From NCBI GenBank assembly GCA_965228735.1, contig OZ245838.1:3936001-4000000 (forward strand): DNA of 64,000 nucleotides, read 5' to 3'. Source of the stretch: Planctomycetota bacterium. Lineage in GTDB: Bacteria > Planctomycetota > UBA1135 > UBA2386. Below the pieces are notes generated by a model, which was not told the DNA's origin, made no database searches, and saw nothing but the letters and a program-made list of their open reading frames with translations. Within the stretch, counting starts at the first letter, position 1; every line of letters starts with the position of its first letter. Position numbers and translations under genes: made by a program. Shown one piece after another: positions 38,216 to 47,690 of the stretch.

Positions 38216-39752
38216 GGGGGCTCTGCGGACATTAGCGCGCAACGTCGCCAGCAATGCCACAGGCTATGTGGTCGCGGCGGTGCTCGCGTTGATCGTGACG
38301 CCGATCGCGAACGACGAGCTCGGCGTCGAGCTCTACGGCGTCTGGCAGGCCATCGTCGCGCTGACTGGCTACTACGGCCTGCTCGACCTCGGGATCCGCG
38401 CGGCCGTGACCCAGTACATCGCGCGGCACTGGAGCCGCGGCGAGAACGAGGAGCTCGGGCGCCTGCTGAGCACGGCGCTCGCGATCACCGGGGCGATTGC
38501 CACGATCCTGCTGCTCGGCACGATCGGCCTGTCGTTCGTCGCCGATTGGTTCTTCGACGGCGCCGCCCGGGAATCGGCGCCCCACGCCATCCTCGTGTTC
38601 GGCGTCGGCGTCGCGATCTCGTTCCCGATGTCCGTGTTCGGCGCCGCGATCCAGGCCCGCGAGCGGTTCGATCTGGCCAACATCATCGGCATCACGGAGC
38701 GCGTCTTGTGCAGCGCGCTCTACGTGTGGGCCCTGCTCACCGGCAAGGGGATCATCGCGCTCGCCTGGATCACGACCGGCACGTCGGTCGCCGCCCACAT
38801 CGCGCGCGGCCTGATCGCCCGGCGTCTGCTGCCGGGCGTGCCGATCGCCGCCAACCTGGTGTGCCGCGAGAAGCGCAAGGACCTGTTCGGGTTCGGCCTC
38901 TACAGCTTCCTCGTGAGCATGAGCGACCGGCTCGTGCTCTACACCGACACGCTCATCATCCTGATCCTGATGAGCGAGGCCGCCGTCACCTACTACAGCA
39001 ACGGCGGCAGCTTCATCCACCACTACCTCGGGCTGATCGCGGCGATCGCGTGGACCCTGACGCCGCGCGCGACGAGCTTCGACGCGCTGCAGAACAAGGC
39101 CGCGCTGCGGCAGATGTGGTACACCGGATCCCGACTGATCGTGCAGTTCGCGACGATCGTGGGCGCCGGCCTGTTCTTCCTCGGCCACGACTTCATCGGT
39201 GTCTGGCTCGACCCCAAGTTCCTGCTCGGCGAACCCTACGCCTCGAGCGCCGTGATCATGCAGCTGCTCGCGCTCGCCGCGCTGACGCGCTGCCTGATGA
39301 CCTGCGGCAAGCAGGTGCTCTACGGCATGCGCGAGGTCCGCTTCCTCGCGCGACTGTCGGTCGCCGAAGCCGTCGCCAACATCGCGCTGTCGGTCCCGGG
39401 CGTGATCTTCTTCGGCAACATCGGCGTCGCGCTCGGCACGCTGATCCCGGCCGTCGTCGTGAACCTGTGGCTGCAGCCGCGCTTCGTGGCCAAGAAACTC
39501 GGCGCGTCGTACGGCCTGTTCCTCGGTAACGTCGTGCCACCCGCACTCATGGTGTTCGGGGCGATGGGCGCCGCGTCGTACGCGTCACGCGCCCTCGTGC
39601 CGGTCACCGGCTGGGGCACGTTCGCGGCCAACGTCGCGTTCGTCGGAACGGTCGGCGTCGGGGTGGCGTGGGCCTTCGGCCTCGGCCCCGCGGAGCGCGA
39701 GCGCGTGCTGCGCAAGCTGCCGTGGCGGACCGGGTCCGTCGAACGGAGTTAG
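38214..39752 (+). CDS. Polysaccharide flippase (Wzx/MOP family)
   Basis: LGVELYGVW..LLDLGI motif; many TM helices. Confidence 0.88.
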   Translation: MGALRTLARNVASNATGYVVAAVLALIVTPIANDELGVELYGVWQAIVALTGYYGLLDLGIRAAVTQYIARHWSRGENEELGRLLSTALAITGAIATILLLGTIGLSFVADWFFDGAARESAPHAILVFGVGVAISFPMSVFGAAIQARERFDLANIIGITERVLCSALYVWALLTGKGIIALAWITTGTSVAAHIARGLIARRLLPGVPIAANLVCREKRKDLFGFGLYSFLVSMSDRLVLYTDTLIILILMSEAAVTYYSNGGSFIHHYLGLIAAIAWTLTPRATSFDALQNKAALRQMWYTGSRLIVQFATIVGAGLFFLGHDFIGVWLDPKFLLGEPYASSAVIMQLLALAALTRCLMTCGKQVLYGMREVRFLARLSVAEAVANIALSVPGVIFFGNIGVALGTLIPAVVVNLWLQPRFVAKKLGASYGLFLGNVVPPALMVFGAMGAASYASRALVPVTGWGTFAANVAFVGTVGVGVAWAFGLGPAERERVLRKLPWRTGSVERS

Positions 39753-39814
39753 CCAATCGACCGGGCAGCCACCGGCGGCGCGACGCCGCCGGCGAACTGC
39801 GCGCGTGGCTGCGC

Positions 39815-40936
39815 CTACTGCGCGGCCCTCTCGGCGGCGGCGATCATCTCTTCGAGGACCTCTTCCATCTGGGTCTCGTTGCGCACGTTCTTGTGGCGGA
39901 TGACGCCGGCGTGATCGATGTAGAACAGCGTCGGCCAGCTGTTCACGCGCCAGGTGTCACTGATCTGCGGCGACACGCTCTCGTTCTGGAAGCTGCGCCA
40001 GGTGACGCCCATTTCCTCGGCCTTCTTGCGATACATCTCCAGGCCCTTCGGCCGGGTCGTGTTGTCGCTGTTGACGCCGATGAGAGCGAAGGGACGGTTC
40101 TTGAACTTTTCCACGAGCGACCGCTCGTGCGGGATCATTGCCACGCAGGGTGGTCACCAGAAGCCCCAGAAGTCCAGGAGGACGACCTTGCCGCGGTAGT
40201 CGCTGAGCTTGAACTTCGTGCCGTCGACGTCCGTCGCCGCGATGTCGGGCGCCTCGCAGCCGACCTGCAGGTGGCGGATCTCGAACAGCGCCTCGTCCGC
40301 CGCGGCGCACAGCTTCTCGTCCTTCGTCAGCTTGGCGACCGACTCGAGGTCTTGCTGCGCGGCTTCGCGGGCGGCGTCGCTGCGCGCGTTCTGCAGGCGC
40401 AGCTTGCCACGCTGCAGATGCGCGGACGCCTTCGCGGCGGCGTGCTCGTTGAACTCGATAACGTCGCTGAAGAGGTCCATGACCTCCTTCTCGCAACCCA
40501 TGCGGACCGCGGTCTCGACGTTGGCCAGGGCCTCGCCGATCTGCGCGCTCTCGCTGTGGTCGAGCGTCAGCGTCGCGAGCGTCTTCTTGACCTGCTCGGT
40601 CTCCTTCGTCGCGTACTTGAGGACGAAGCCGTGGAACAGGATCGCGACGTCCTCACCCGCGTGCTCGGTCGCGAGCTCCCGCGCCTGGGTGATGAACTTC
40701 TTGGACGGCGGGTTCATCGCGATCGCCGGCCGCGGCTGGTTCTTGCGCCGCGCCTCGGCCATGGCGGCCATGGCTTCCTTCTGCCACGCGCTGAACGCCT
40801 GCGTGTAGGCCTTGACGAGGCCGTCGTAGGCCGCCTGGGCCTGCTGCTGATCCGCCACCGCAGCGTCGCCATCCTGGGCGAGCGCGACCGTGGGCAGACC
40901 CAAGAGCAGGGAGGCGGCGAGAGAGGATCGAATCAC
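39815..40936 (-). CDS. TlpA/redoxin-family thiol-disulfide oxidoreductase, predicted selenoprotein (UGA at 40154-40156)
   Basis: KLSDYRGKVVLLDFWGFW-UGA-PPC continues in frame to ..WPTLFYIDHAGVIR; the two ORFs of the track are in the same frame. Confidence 0.9.
40112..40129 (-). promoter_or_regulatory. Putative bacterial SECIS hairpin
   Basis: CACGAGC-GGUC-GCUCGUG; the loop begins with G, 31 nt after the UGA. Confidence 0.75.
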
Positions 40937-40981
40937 TTGGATCTCCTTGCCGAACTGCTGGTATGGGGAACGCGAATACTA

Positions 40982-41113
40982 CGTGAACATACCGAACCCG
41001 GTACTACCCGTACGGTACCTGGTTCATGCTGCCGGCCGGCGTAACGCGACCCGCAAGGCAACGCCCTCTCGGCCGGCAGCATGAACCAGGTACCGTACGG
41101 GTGGTATGTTCAC
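40982..41113. repeat. Long inverted-repeat element (REP/REPIN- or MITE-like)
   Basis: 33-bp perfect arms 41006-41038/41070-41102 plus 11-bp terminal IR GTGAACATACC (40983-40993/41103-41113). Confidence 0.85.
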
Positions 41114-41136
41114 TTCGGTCGGGAAGAATCCCTGAC

Positions 41137-42798
41137 CTACTTGCCGCTGTCGGAGCCCTGCTCTTCCGCCGCCTTCGGCTGCACGAGGTCGGCGCGCGTC
41201 GGCTTCAGCTGGTCGAACAGCGCCTTGTCGATCACGTAGTACCAGGGTCCGAACCGCTTGGTCAGCGACTCGGCCTCTTCCTGGCCTTCCTCGACCTTCT
41301 TGTCGTACGCGTCCCAGGCATCGGCCAGGCGGCGCATGTCGTCCTCGAACGTCCACGCGTCGCTGCGGATGTCCGCGCTCTCGACCTCGCCGCCAGCCGC
41401 GCCGTCTTTGCCGTGACTCAGGACGACGAACGCCTCGCCCTCGACCTCGTAGAGGTAGTCGTTGCCCCACGGGTCCTTCGGCAGCTCAGCGAGCGGCGCC
41501 TCGCCCTCGGCGGGCTTCTCGGTCAGCGCCGTGATGGACGGCGGCAGCTTGCCGTCGTTGCGGTTGCGGTAGACGTCGACGGCCGCGACGACCTTCTCGA
41601 TCTGCTCGCGCGCCGCCCGGCGCTTCTCCATGTGCTCCTCGGCGACGCGCGCGCGCTCCGGCTTCTCGAGCAGCGCCTCGTCGAACTCGGCGACGACCAT
41701 GAGGTAGCGGTTGTTCTTGAGCACGGCCTCGCCGTTCTCGCCTTCCTTCTCCGAGCCGCCGATCTTGCCCGACGTGACCGAGTCGTCGTCGCCCGGAACG
41801 AGCTCGCCGAAGCGCAGCGTGTAGCGCACGCCCTTCTTCGTCTCGAAGATCAGGTCGCCCTCGTTGCTGTAGAGCTTGCCGTCGCGGGTCAGGAAGTAGC
41901 CCTTGTCCTGCAGCGTCTGCTGCAGCATCACCTGCTCGAAACCGGTCGCCTTCTCGAGCGCGCCGGTCAGCCCCTCGGGCTTGCTGCGCACGCCGACGAT
42001 CTTGATGCTCGTGAGCGCGTCCGCGATCTCGCGCAGCTTGTCGGCGTTGGGCTCCTCGGTCGCCTCGTCGAGGCCCTCGAGCGTCCACTGGTTCTCGGCG
42101 TTCTTCTGCACGACGAGCTTCTCGCCCGGCACGATGCGACCGGCTTGCTCGTCGATCGAGTAGTTGTCGAACACGACCTTCTGCATGTCGAACGCCTTCG
42201 CCTTGAGCAGATCGGTCTCGATCCAGTCGGCGAACCTCGTCGACAGCTCACCCTCGAGCTTGGTCGAGTAGGTGCGGCGCTTGCCGGGCTCGCGCACGTA
42301 GTAGACGTCGAGCTTGCCGTCGACCTCCTGGCCGACGATCAGGTCGGCGAGCGGGTTGCCCGAGTTGTCGCGCATCACGACGCGCGAGCCGCGGCCCGCC
42401 GAGTCCGAGCTCGGATCGAGCGGATCGACGACGCCGAACTCGACGTGGTCCTCCTTGCGGTCGCTCACGGCGCGCGTCTTGGTCAGCCCGATGAGCATGG
42501 CCGCGGCCTTGCCCATCTGGTCCTTCGCGTCGGCCGGATAGCCGCCGTGCGACGGGATGATCCAGCGGCCGTTCTTGTCGCGGCTCACGGCGAACTTGCG
42601 GGCCGTGGCCTTCTCGGCGTTGAACTCCGTCACCTCGAGCTCGACGGCGGCGTCGCTCGCGGTGAACGCGGGGAAGAACTCCTCGCCCTCGTCCGAGTAG
42701 AGGTCCTGCTGGACCTCACTGGGACCGAGCGACGCGGCAGCGACGGCGAGACCCGCGGCCGCGCCGAGGATGACGACGGTCTTGACGACCTGGCTCAT
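41137..42798 (-). CDS. DUF4340 domain protein with an inserted GspG pseudopilin-like domain
   Basis: HGGYPAD, FGVVDP and FADWIETDLL motifs; insert AVDVYR..LPKDPWGNDYLY..LSHGKDGAAGG..ADI. Confidence 0.82.
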   Translation of the reverse strand: MSQVVKTVVILGAAAGLAVAAASLGPSEVQQDLYSDEGEEFFPAFTASDAAVELEVTEFNAEKATARKFAVSRDKNGRWIIPSHGGYPADAKDQMGKAAAMLIGLTKTRAVSDRKEDHVEFGVVDPLDPSSDSAGRGSRVVMRDNSGNPLADLIVGQEVDGKLDVYYVREPGKRRTYSTKLEGELSTRFADWIETDLLKAKAFDMQKVVFDNYSIDEQAGRIVPGEKLVVQKNAENQWTLEGLDEATEEPNADKLREIADALTSIKIVGVRSKPEGLTGALEKATGFEQVMLQQTLQDKGYFLTRDGKLYSNEGDLIFETKKGVRYTLRFGELVPGDDDSVTSGKIGGSEKEGENGEAVLKNNRYLMVVAEFDEALLEKPERARVAEEHMEKRRAAREQIEKVVAAVDVYRNRNDGKLPPSITALTEKPAEGEAPLAELPKDPWGNDYLYEVEGEAFVVLSHGKDGAAGGEVESADIRSDAWTFEDDMRRLADAWDAYDKKVEEGQEEAESLTKRFGPWYYVIDKALFDQLKPTRADLVQPKAAEEQGSDSGK

Positions 42799-45482
42799 GA
42801 CTGACTCCCTCCGCCGACCTGGCGGTTTGCGGGGACGATCGCCGCGGCGCGCGAGCTGCGGCGAATCAGAGTGACGATGCCGAGCAGCAGTGCCGGCACG
42901 GGCGCGAGCAGGATCGTCCAGAGGCGGTAGCCGTCGTGGATGCCCTTCTTCGCCTGGTTGCGTTCGTGCTGCGCGATGCTGATCCGGACGCGCTTGTCGT
43001 CCTCGATCTTCTGCTTCTTGGTCTCGAACTTGCGATTCTCGACCTGCTGGACCTCGACGATCTTGAGCTCCTTGCTCTGCGCGTCGAGCGTCTCGTCCTC
43101 GCGAATCGCGGCGACCGCGGCATCGAGCCGCGCCTGCGCGTCATCGAGCTCCTTCTTGGCCTCGGCCTCGGCCTTGTCGCGCTCCTCGATCCACTTCTTC
43201 TCGAACTCGGCCTGCGCTTCCTGCACCGCCGTGAGGCGACGCAGCACCGGCCGGCGCTTGCGCAGGTCGATCAGCGACTCGTCGCCGACGAGGCTGTCGA
43301 TGCAGTTGAGCACGAACGTGACGTTGTCGAACCGCGTATTCACGTCGGGCGAGTTCTTGCGCAGCTGGAAGAACTGGTTGCCGACGACATCCAGGTCCGC
43401 GCAGGCGATGAAGTCGACCTTGCCGCTCGGGTCGCTCTCACCCTCGCTGGCGGCCACCGGGCCGGTGACCCGGACCGCGAGGTCGTAGCGCTGGTTCTGC
43501 GGCCTCGTCCGGCCACCCGGGTTGAGCTGCAGACGGCCGCCGAACGGGCTCCAGACCAGCAGGCCGTCGCGGGCCCCCTGGCTCGACTCGTACTTCGGAA
43601 TCACGCCGTTGACGAGGCCGCGCGCCGTCGGGTCCGCGGACATGACGAGCGGCTCGACCTCGAAGCCGTCCTTGCCGGCTTCATCGAAGTGACTGCCCGC
43701 CATCCAGATCACCGACTGCATGCCGCTCGTGATCACGCTGTCCTGCGCGAGCCCGCCGTTGTCGCTGCTGCACGCGAGGAAGTACTCGGGCAGACCGCCG
43801 CCGAGCAGGCCGACCTGGGTCTTGTCGAACACGATGTCCGTCTTGCGACACGTGAGCCCGAGGCCGCGGAAGAAGGCGTCGACGTTGCCCTTCTGCGGGC
43901 CGCCGCCGCCCATCATGCGCTGCTGCATGCTGCCCTTCTGGTCGTCGGCGGCCGTGCCCGGCGCGCTGATGGGCAGCGGGTCCTCGAACAGCAACGCCCG
44001 GTTGCCGGCCAGGATCCACTCCTGCAGCTTGTCCATCTGCGGCTGTTCGAGCGAGCTCGGCTGCGGCACGACGAGGCAGTCGATGTCGGTCGGATAGTCC
44101 TCGGACGGGTCGACGTTCTGCACCTCGTACTGCTGCTCGAGCTCCGTCGCGATCTCCCACTTGGGCTTCTGCGCGAACGTCTGGAAGTCGAAGCCGCCGA
44201 TCATGTCGACGTCCGTCTTGAGCAGGCCGATCTTCTTGCGGTCCTTGTTGCTCACGACGCGGATGCTGCGCGTGACCTCGTACTCGAGCGGCTGCGTCGG
44301 CTGGATGAACGGCGTGATGACTTCTTCGGTGCCGCTCGCGACGACGAGGCCGAGGAAGATCTGCATCTCCGCGTAGCCGCCGCCCGGCAGCGGCTGGGCG
44401 ACCATCTGCGGCCGGATGCCGTAGTTGGACTCGGCCCGCCGCGCCTCCTCGGAGAACGGCTCGGGGATCACGACGCTCTTGCGGATCGCGTCACCGCCGA
44501 TCGAATCGAACTGGTCGAGCAGGTTGAGCAGCAGGCGGCGCTGCTCGATGAAGTTCTCGGGCACGTCCTCGCTGACGTAGGCCGTGACGAACACCGGCGT
44601 GCTCGGATCGAGCGAGGCGATCAGTTCGCGGCTCTCGTCACCGAGCGAATGGATGCCCTCGACCGTCGCGTCGATGCGCGGCAGGTAGTAGACGCCGATG
44701 ACGGTGAGGGACAGCGTGGCAACCGCGAGGCCCGCTGCCTGCGTAACGCCGTGCGCGCCCTCGACGCCGCCGCGCCATCGCTGGCGGCCGAGCAGAGCGA
44801 GATTGAGCCAGAGGAAGGCGAACGTCAGGCCGAGGAACAGCACGACGCCCGAGAAGGGGATCATGCCGCGCGCGAACTCGTTGAACTGCCCGATCGTGCC
44901 GTTGACCTGCCAACTCGTGAAACCGACCCAGCCGAGGACCTCGCCGAGGTAGATGACGAGGGCGCAGGCGATGACCGACAGGATGAACGCGACGGTCTGG
45001 TTCTGCGTCAGCTGCGAGCCGAGCATCGAGACCGCTACGAGCATCACACCGAGCAGCCAATAGCCGACGTAGTTGCTGAACAGCTGTCCGAAGTCCGGGT
45101 TGCCGAGCAACATCAGCGTGAACGGCAGTGCCAGCGTGAACAGCAGGGACAGCGAGTAGACCGCGACGTAGGCCAGGTACTTGCCGACCAGGAGGTCGAC
45201 GTCACGCGCCGGCAGCGTGAACAGCAATTCTTGCGTGCCGTTGCTGCGCTCGTTGGTCCACATGCCCATCGTCGCGGCGGCGACGAAGACGGCAGCGATC
45301 TCGGGGAACCAATGGCTCCAGGTCTCGAGGTTGGCGAGGTTGTTCTGGAAGAACCCCTGTGACCACATCATGACGCCCGCCGACACCGCGACGAACAGCA
45401 TGATGAAGACGTAGCCGGTCGGGTTGCCGAACCAGCTCTTGAGGTCGCGCTTGGCGACCGCGAAGACGACGTTGGTGTTCAT
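42795..45482 (-). CDS. GldF/GldG-like ABC permease fused to periplasmic ABC_transp_aux domain
   Basis: WTNERSNGTQELLFTLP, VGKY, LEYEVTRSI, LLFEDPLP and DNVTFVLNCID motifs. Confidence 0.9.
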   Translation of the reverse strand: MNTNVVFAVAKRDLKSWFGNPTGYVFIMLFVAVSAGVMMWSQGFFQNNLANLETWSHWFPEIAAVFVAAATMGMWTNERSNGTQELLFTLPARDVDLLVGKYLAYVAVYSLSLLFTLALPFTLMLLGNPDFGQLFSNYVGYWLLGVMLVAVSMLGSQLTQNQTVAFILSVIACALVIYLGEVLGWVGFTSWQVNGTIGQFNEFARGMIPFSGVVLFLGLTFAFLWLNLALLGRQRWRGGVEGAHGVTQAAGLAVATLSLTVIGVYYLPRIDATVEGIHSLGDESRELIASLDPSTPVFVTAYVSEDVPENFIEQRRLLLNLLDQFDSIGGDAIRKSVVIPEPFSEEARRAESNYGIRPQMVAQPLPGGGYAEMQIFLGLVVASGTEEVITPFIQPTQPLEYEVTRSIRVVSNKDRKKIGLLKTDVDMIGGFDFQTFAQKPKWEIATELEQQYEVQNVDPSEDYPTDIDCLVVPQPSSLEQPQMDKLQEWILAGNRALLFEDPLPISAPGTAADDQKGSMQQRMMGGGGPQKGNVDAFFRGLGLTCRKTDIVFDKTQVGLLGGGLPEYFLACSSDNGGLAQDSVITSGMQSVIWMAGSHFDEAGKDGFEVEPLVMSADPTARGLVNGVIPKYESSQGARDGLLVWSPFGGRLQLNPGGRTRPQNQRYDLAVRVTGPVAASEGESDPSGKVDFIACADLDVVGNQFFQLRKNSPDVNTRFDNVTFVLNCIDSLVGDESLIDLRKRRPVLRRLTAVQEAQAEFEKKWIEERDKAEAEAKKELDDAQARLDAAVAAIREDETLDAQSKELKIVEVQQVENRKFETKKQKIEDDKRVRISIAQHERNQAKKGIHDGYRLWTILLAPVPALLLGIVTLIRRSSRAAAIVPANRQVGGGSQS

Positions 45483-45495
45483 GTTCTCGCGTCTC

Positions 45496-46233
45496 CTAGT
45501 TGGTGGCCGCGCCGGTCAGGTTGTGGAACGCCTGGTCCATCGCGCCGCTGCCGCGCTGCTTGAACTCGGCGGGCGTGCCGTCGAACGCGAGCTTGCCTGC
45601 GTCCACGAGCAGCACGCGCCCGGCCATCGCCTCGACCTCCTGGAACAGGTGCGTCGACAGCAGGATCGTGCGCGTCTCGCCGAGCTTCTTGACGAGCTCG
45701 CGCACGTGGCGGATCTGGTTGGGATCGAGCCCGGTCGTCGGCTCGTCGAGGATCAGCACCTCGGGATCGTGGAACAGCGCCTGCGCCATGCCCGTGCGCT
45801 GCTTCTGGCCCTTGCTGCACTTGCCGATCGGCTTGTCGAGCAGGTCCTGCAGCGCGCACTCCTCGGTGACGAACTCGAGGCGCTCCTTGATACGCGCGGT
45901 GTTCATGCCGCGCGCTTCACCGAAGAACGACAGCAGCTCGCGCGGCGTCATCTCGGGATACAGCGGCCCGTTCTCGGGCAGGTAGCCGAGCTTCTCGACG
46001 GCCCGCACGCGATCCTGCGTGATGTCGACGCCGCACAACCTGCCGGTGCCGGACGTCGGCGCGAGGTACCCAGTCAGCACCTTCATCGTCGTCGACTTGC
46101 CGGCGCCGTTCGGGCCGAGGAACGCGACGACTTCACCGCGCGTGATGGTGAAACTCAGATGATCGATGGCAGCGAACGACCCGTAGTACTTGCACAGGTC
46201 GACCGCTTCGATCATGGGCTCTCGTTCGCTCAT
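45496..46233 (-). CDS. ABC transporter ATP-binding protein (GldA-like)
   Basis: GPNGAGKS, CSKGQKQR, ILDEPTTGLD and LSTH motifs. Confidence 0.95.
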   Translation of the reverse strand: MSEREPMIEAVDLCKYYGSFAAIDHLSFTITRGEVVAFLGPNGAGKSTTMKVLTGYLAPTSGTGRLCGVDITQDRVRAVEKLGYLPENGPLYPEMTPRELLSFFGEARGMNTARIKERLEFVTEECALQDLLDKPIGKCSKGQKQRTGMAQALFHDPEVLILDEPTTGLDPNQIRHVRELVKKLGETRTILLSTHLFQEVEAMAGRVLLVDAGKLAFDGTPAEFKQRGSGAMDQAFHNLTGAATN

Positions 46234-46480
46234 GACAGTTCTGCGGAGTCTTGGAATGGGGTGGAACGGGGGAACGTTCCCAGGACGAGTCCGGGCGCGT
46301 CGCCGCACCCGAAATCGGGGCGAAAACCCTTACCGGTGCGGCGTTTGACACGCAACCGCAACCAGGGTCCCGACCCCGGATTCGCGCCGACGCCGAACGC
46401 GGCGCAAAACTCCGAAAACCCGCGGGGGCCCTACGCCCAGCCGGCCGGCGGATCAGCCCGAACGACCAGCAGACCCGAGT

Positions 46481-47122
46481 TCACCAACAGCCCCAATAGC
46501 CGTAGCCGGCACCCCAACCGATGCCCCAGCCCCAACCCCACGGGCCGCCGTAGAACCGCCGCACGGGCCCACCGTACGCGACGGTCGGCGTCCAGGTCGA
46601 GAACGGCGTCACCTGCGTGACGATCGGCTCGTCGTCGGCGACGACCGTGTAGCGCACGGCGAAGTCGGACACCTCGCGCGTGGAGCGGGCTTCGGGTGCA
46701 TGGAACCAGGTGTCGACGCGGGCCGTCTGCCCGGGCCCGGCGCGGGTCGAGCCATCGACGCGCACGAGCGCGAGTTCCGGGCCCTCGGCGCGGATACCGC
46801 CGAGTTCAACCGGCCGGTCGCCCGTGTTCTCCACCTCGAAGCCGACGTGGACCTCGACGCGGCGGTCGAACTCCTCGCCGTTCTCGCCCTGGATGATCCG
46901 GTCCTCGCCGCGGCCGCCGTCGGACCAGAGCCGCACCTCGCCCGCGATCACCTGCTCGCCGGCCGATTCCGCGAACGGATAGATCGCGGCGGGAAATCCC
47001 GACGGCCCCGTGCCGTTCTCGTTCTCGCGCGGCGCGAAGTAGCGTTGATCCACGCAGCCCGGGGCGAGCCCGGCGACCCCGGCGAGGAACACGAATCCGA
47101 GCGCAGAACGCCGCATACTCAT
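46481..47122 (-). CDS. Hypothetical lipoprotein with Gly/Trp-rich tail
   Basis: Lipobox-like LAPGC; C-terminus GGPWGWGWGIGWGAGYGYWGCW. Confidence 0.7.
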   Translation of the reverse strand: MSMRRSALGFVFLAGVAGLAPGCVDQRYFAPRENENGTGPSGFPAAIYPFAESAGEQVIAGEVRLWSDGGRGEDRIIQGENGEEFDRRVEVHVGFEVENTGDRPVELGGIRAEGPELALVRVDGSTRAGPGQTARVDTWFHAPEARSTREVSDFAVRYTVVADDEPIVTQVTPFSTWTPTVAYGGPVRRFYGGPWGWGWGIGWGAGYGYWGCW

Positions 47123-47182
47123 GCTTTTCGGGCCCTGGCGCGATCCCGACAAGTCCCGATACGCGATAACCGTCTCCCCCCG

Positions 47183-47587
47183 ATGCCACAGCCCGTTCCC
47201 GAGCGGTCGCCGCGAACCGACCCGCTGCTCCTGCGCCTGGCGGCCGCATTCGGCGGCCTCGCCGTCGCCATCGGCGCCTTCGCCGCCCACGTCCTGCGCG
47301 ACCGGCTGGCGGACCAGGCCCTCGCGACCCTCGAGACCGGCGTTCGTTATCAGATGTACCACGCGCTGGCGCTCGGCCTCTGCGCCGTCCTGGCCGGCTC
47401 AGCACCCCGGGCGCGCGTCGCCGGCTACTGCTTCACGGCCGGGATCCTGCTGTTCAGCGGCTCGCTCTACGGCCTGGCCATACTCGAAGCCCGCTGGCTC
47501 GGGCCCGTGACCCCGGTCGGCGGAGTTGCCTTCCTGGCAGGATGGGTGCTGCTGGGACTGGCGCGCCCGCGCTCCCCGGCGCCCTGA
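47183..47587 (+). CDS. DUF423 (YgdD/TMEM256) membrane protein
   Basis: GAFAAH, TGVRYQMYH, LFSGSLY and TPVGG motifs. Confidence 0.92.
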   Translation: MPQPVPERSPRTDPLLLRLAAAFGGLAVAIGAFAAHVLRDRLADQALATLETGVRYQMYHALALGLCAVLAGSAPRARVAGYCFTAGILLFSGSLYGLAILEARWLGPVTPVGGVAFLAGWVLLGLARPRSPAP

Positions 47588-47690
47588 ATCGACCCGCAGC
47601 CGCGCTCCCGTGCTGCTGTGCCGTATTCCGGCAGATGCCCAGTGCAGCAGCAGCCTTGCCACAGTACGTTGCCCGCGGAGGTTCCCCGCG

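Noticed and set aside
40154..40156. Redoxin as a pseudogene or two separate genes
   Set aside because: The stop falls exactly at the catalytic Cys position, the frame is preserved and a SECIS-like hairpin follows; Sec recoding is more parsimonious.
40982..41113. CRISPR array
   Set aside because: It is an inverted repeat, not direct repeats with spacers, and there are no cas genes.
46240..46480. Possible riboswitch or structured leader before the ABC operon (CGCCGCACC...GGTGCGGCG stem, GGCGCAAAAC)
   Set aside because: No complete match to a riboswitch consensus that I can verify by eye; it would need an Infernal/Rfam scan.
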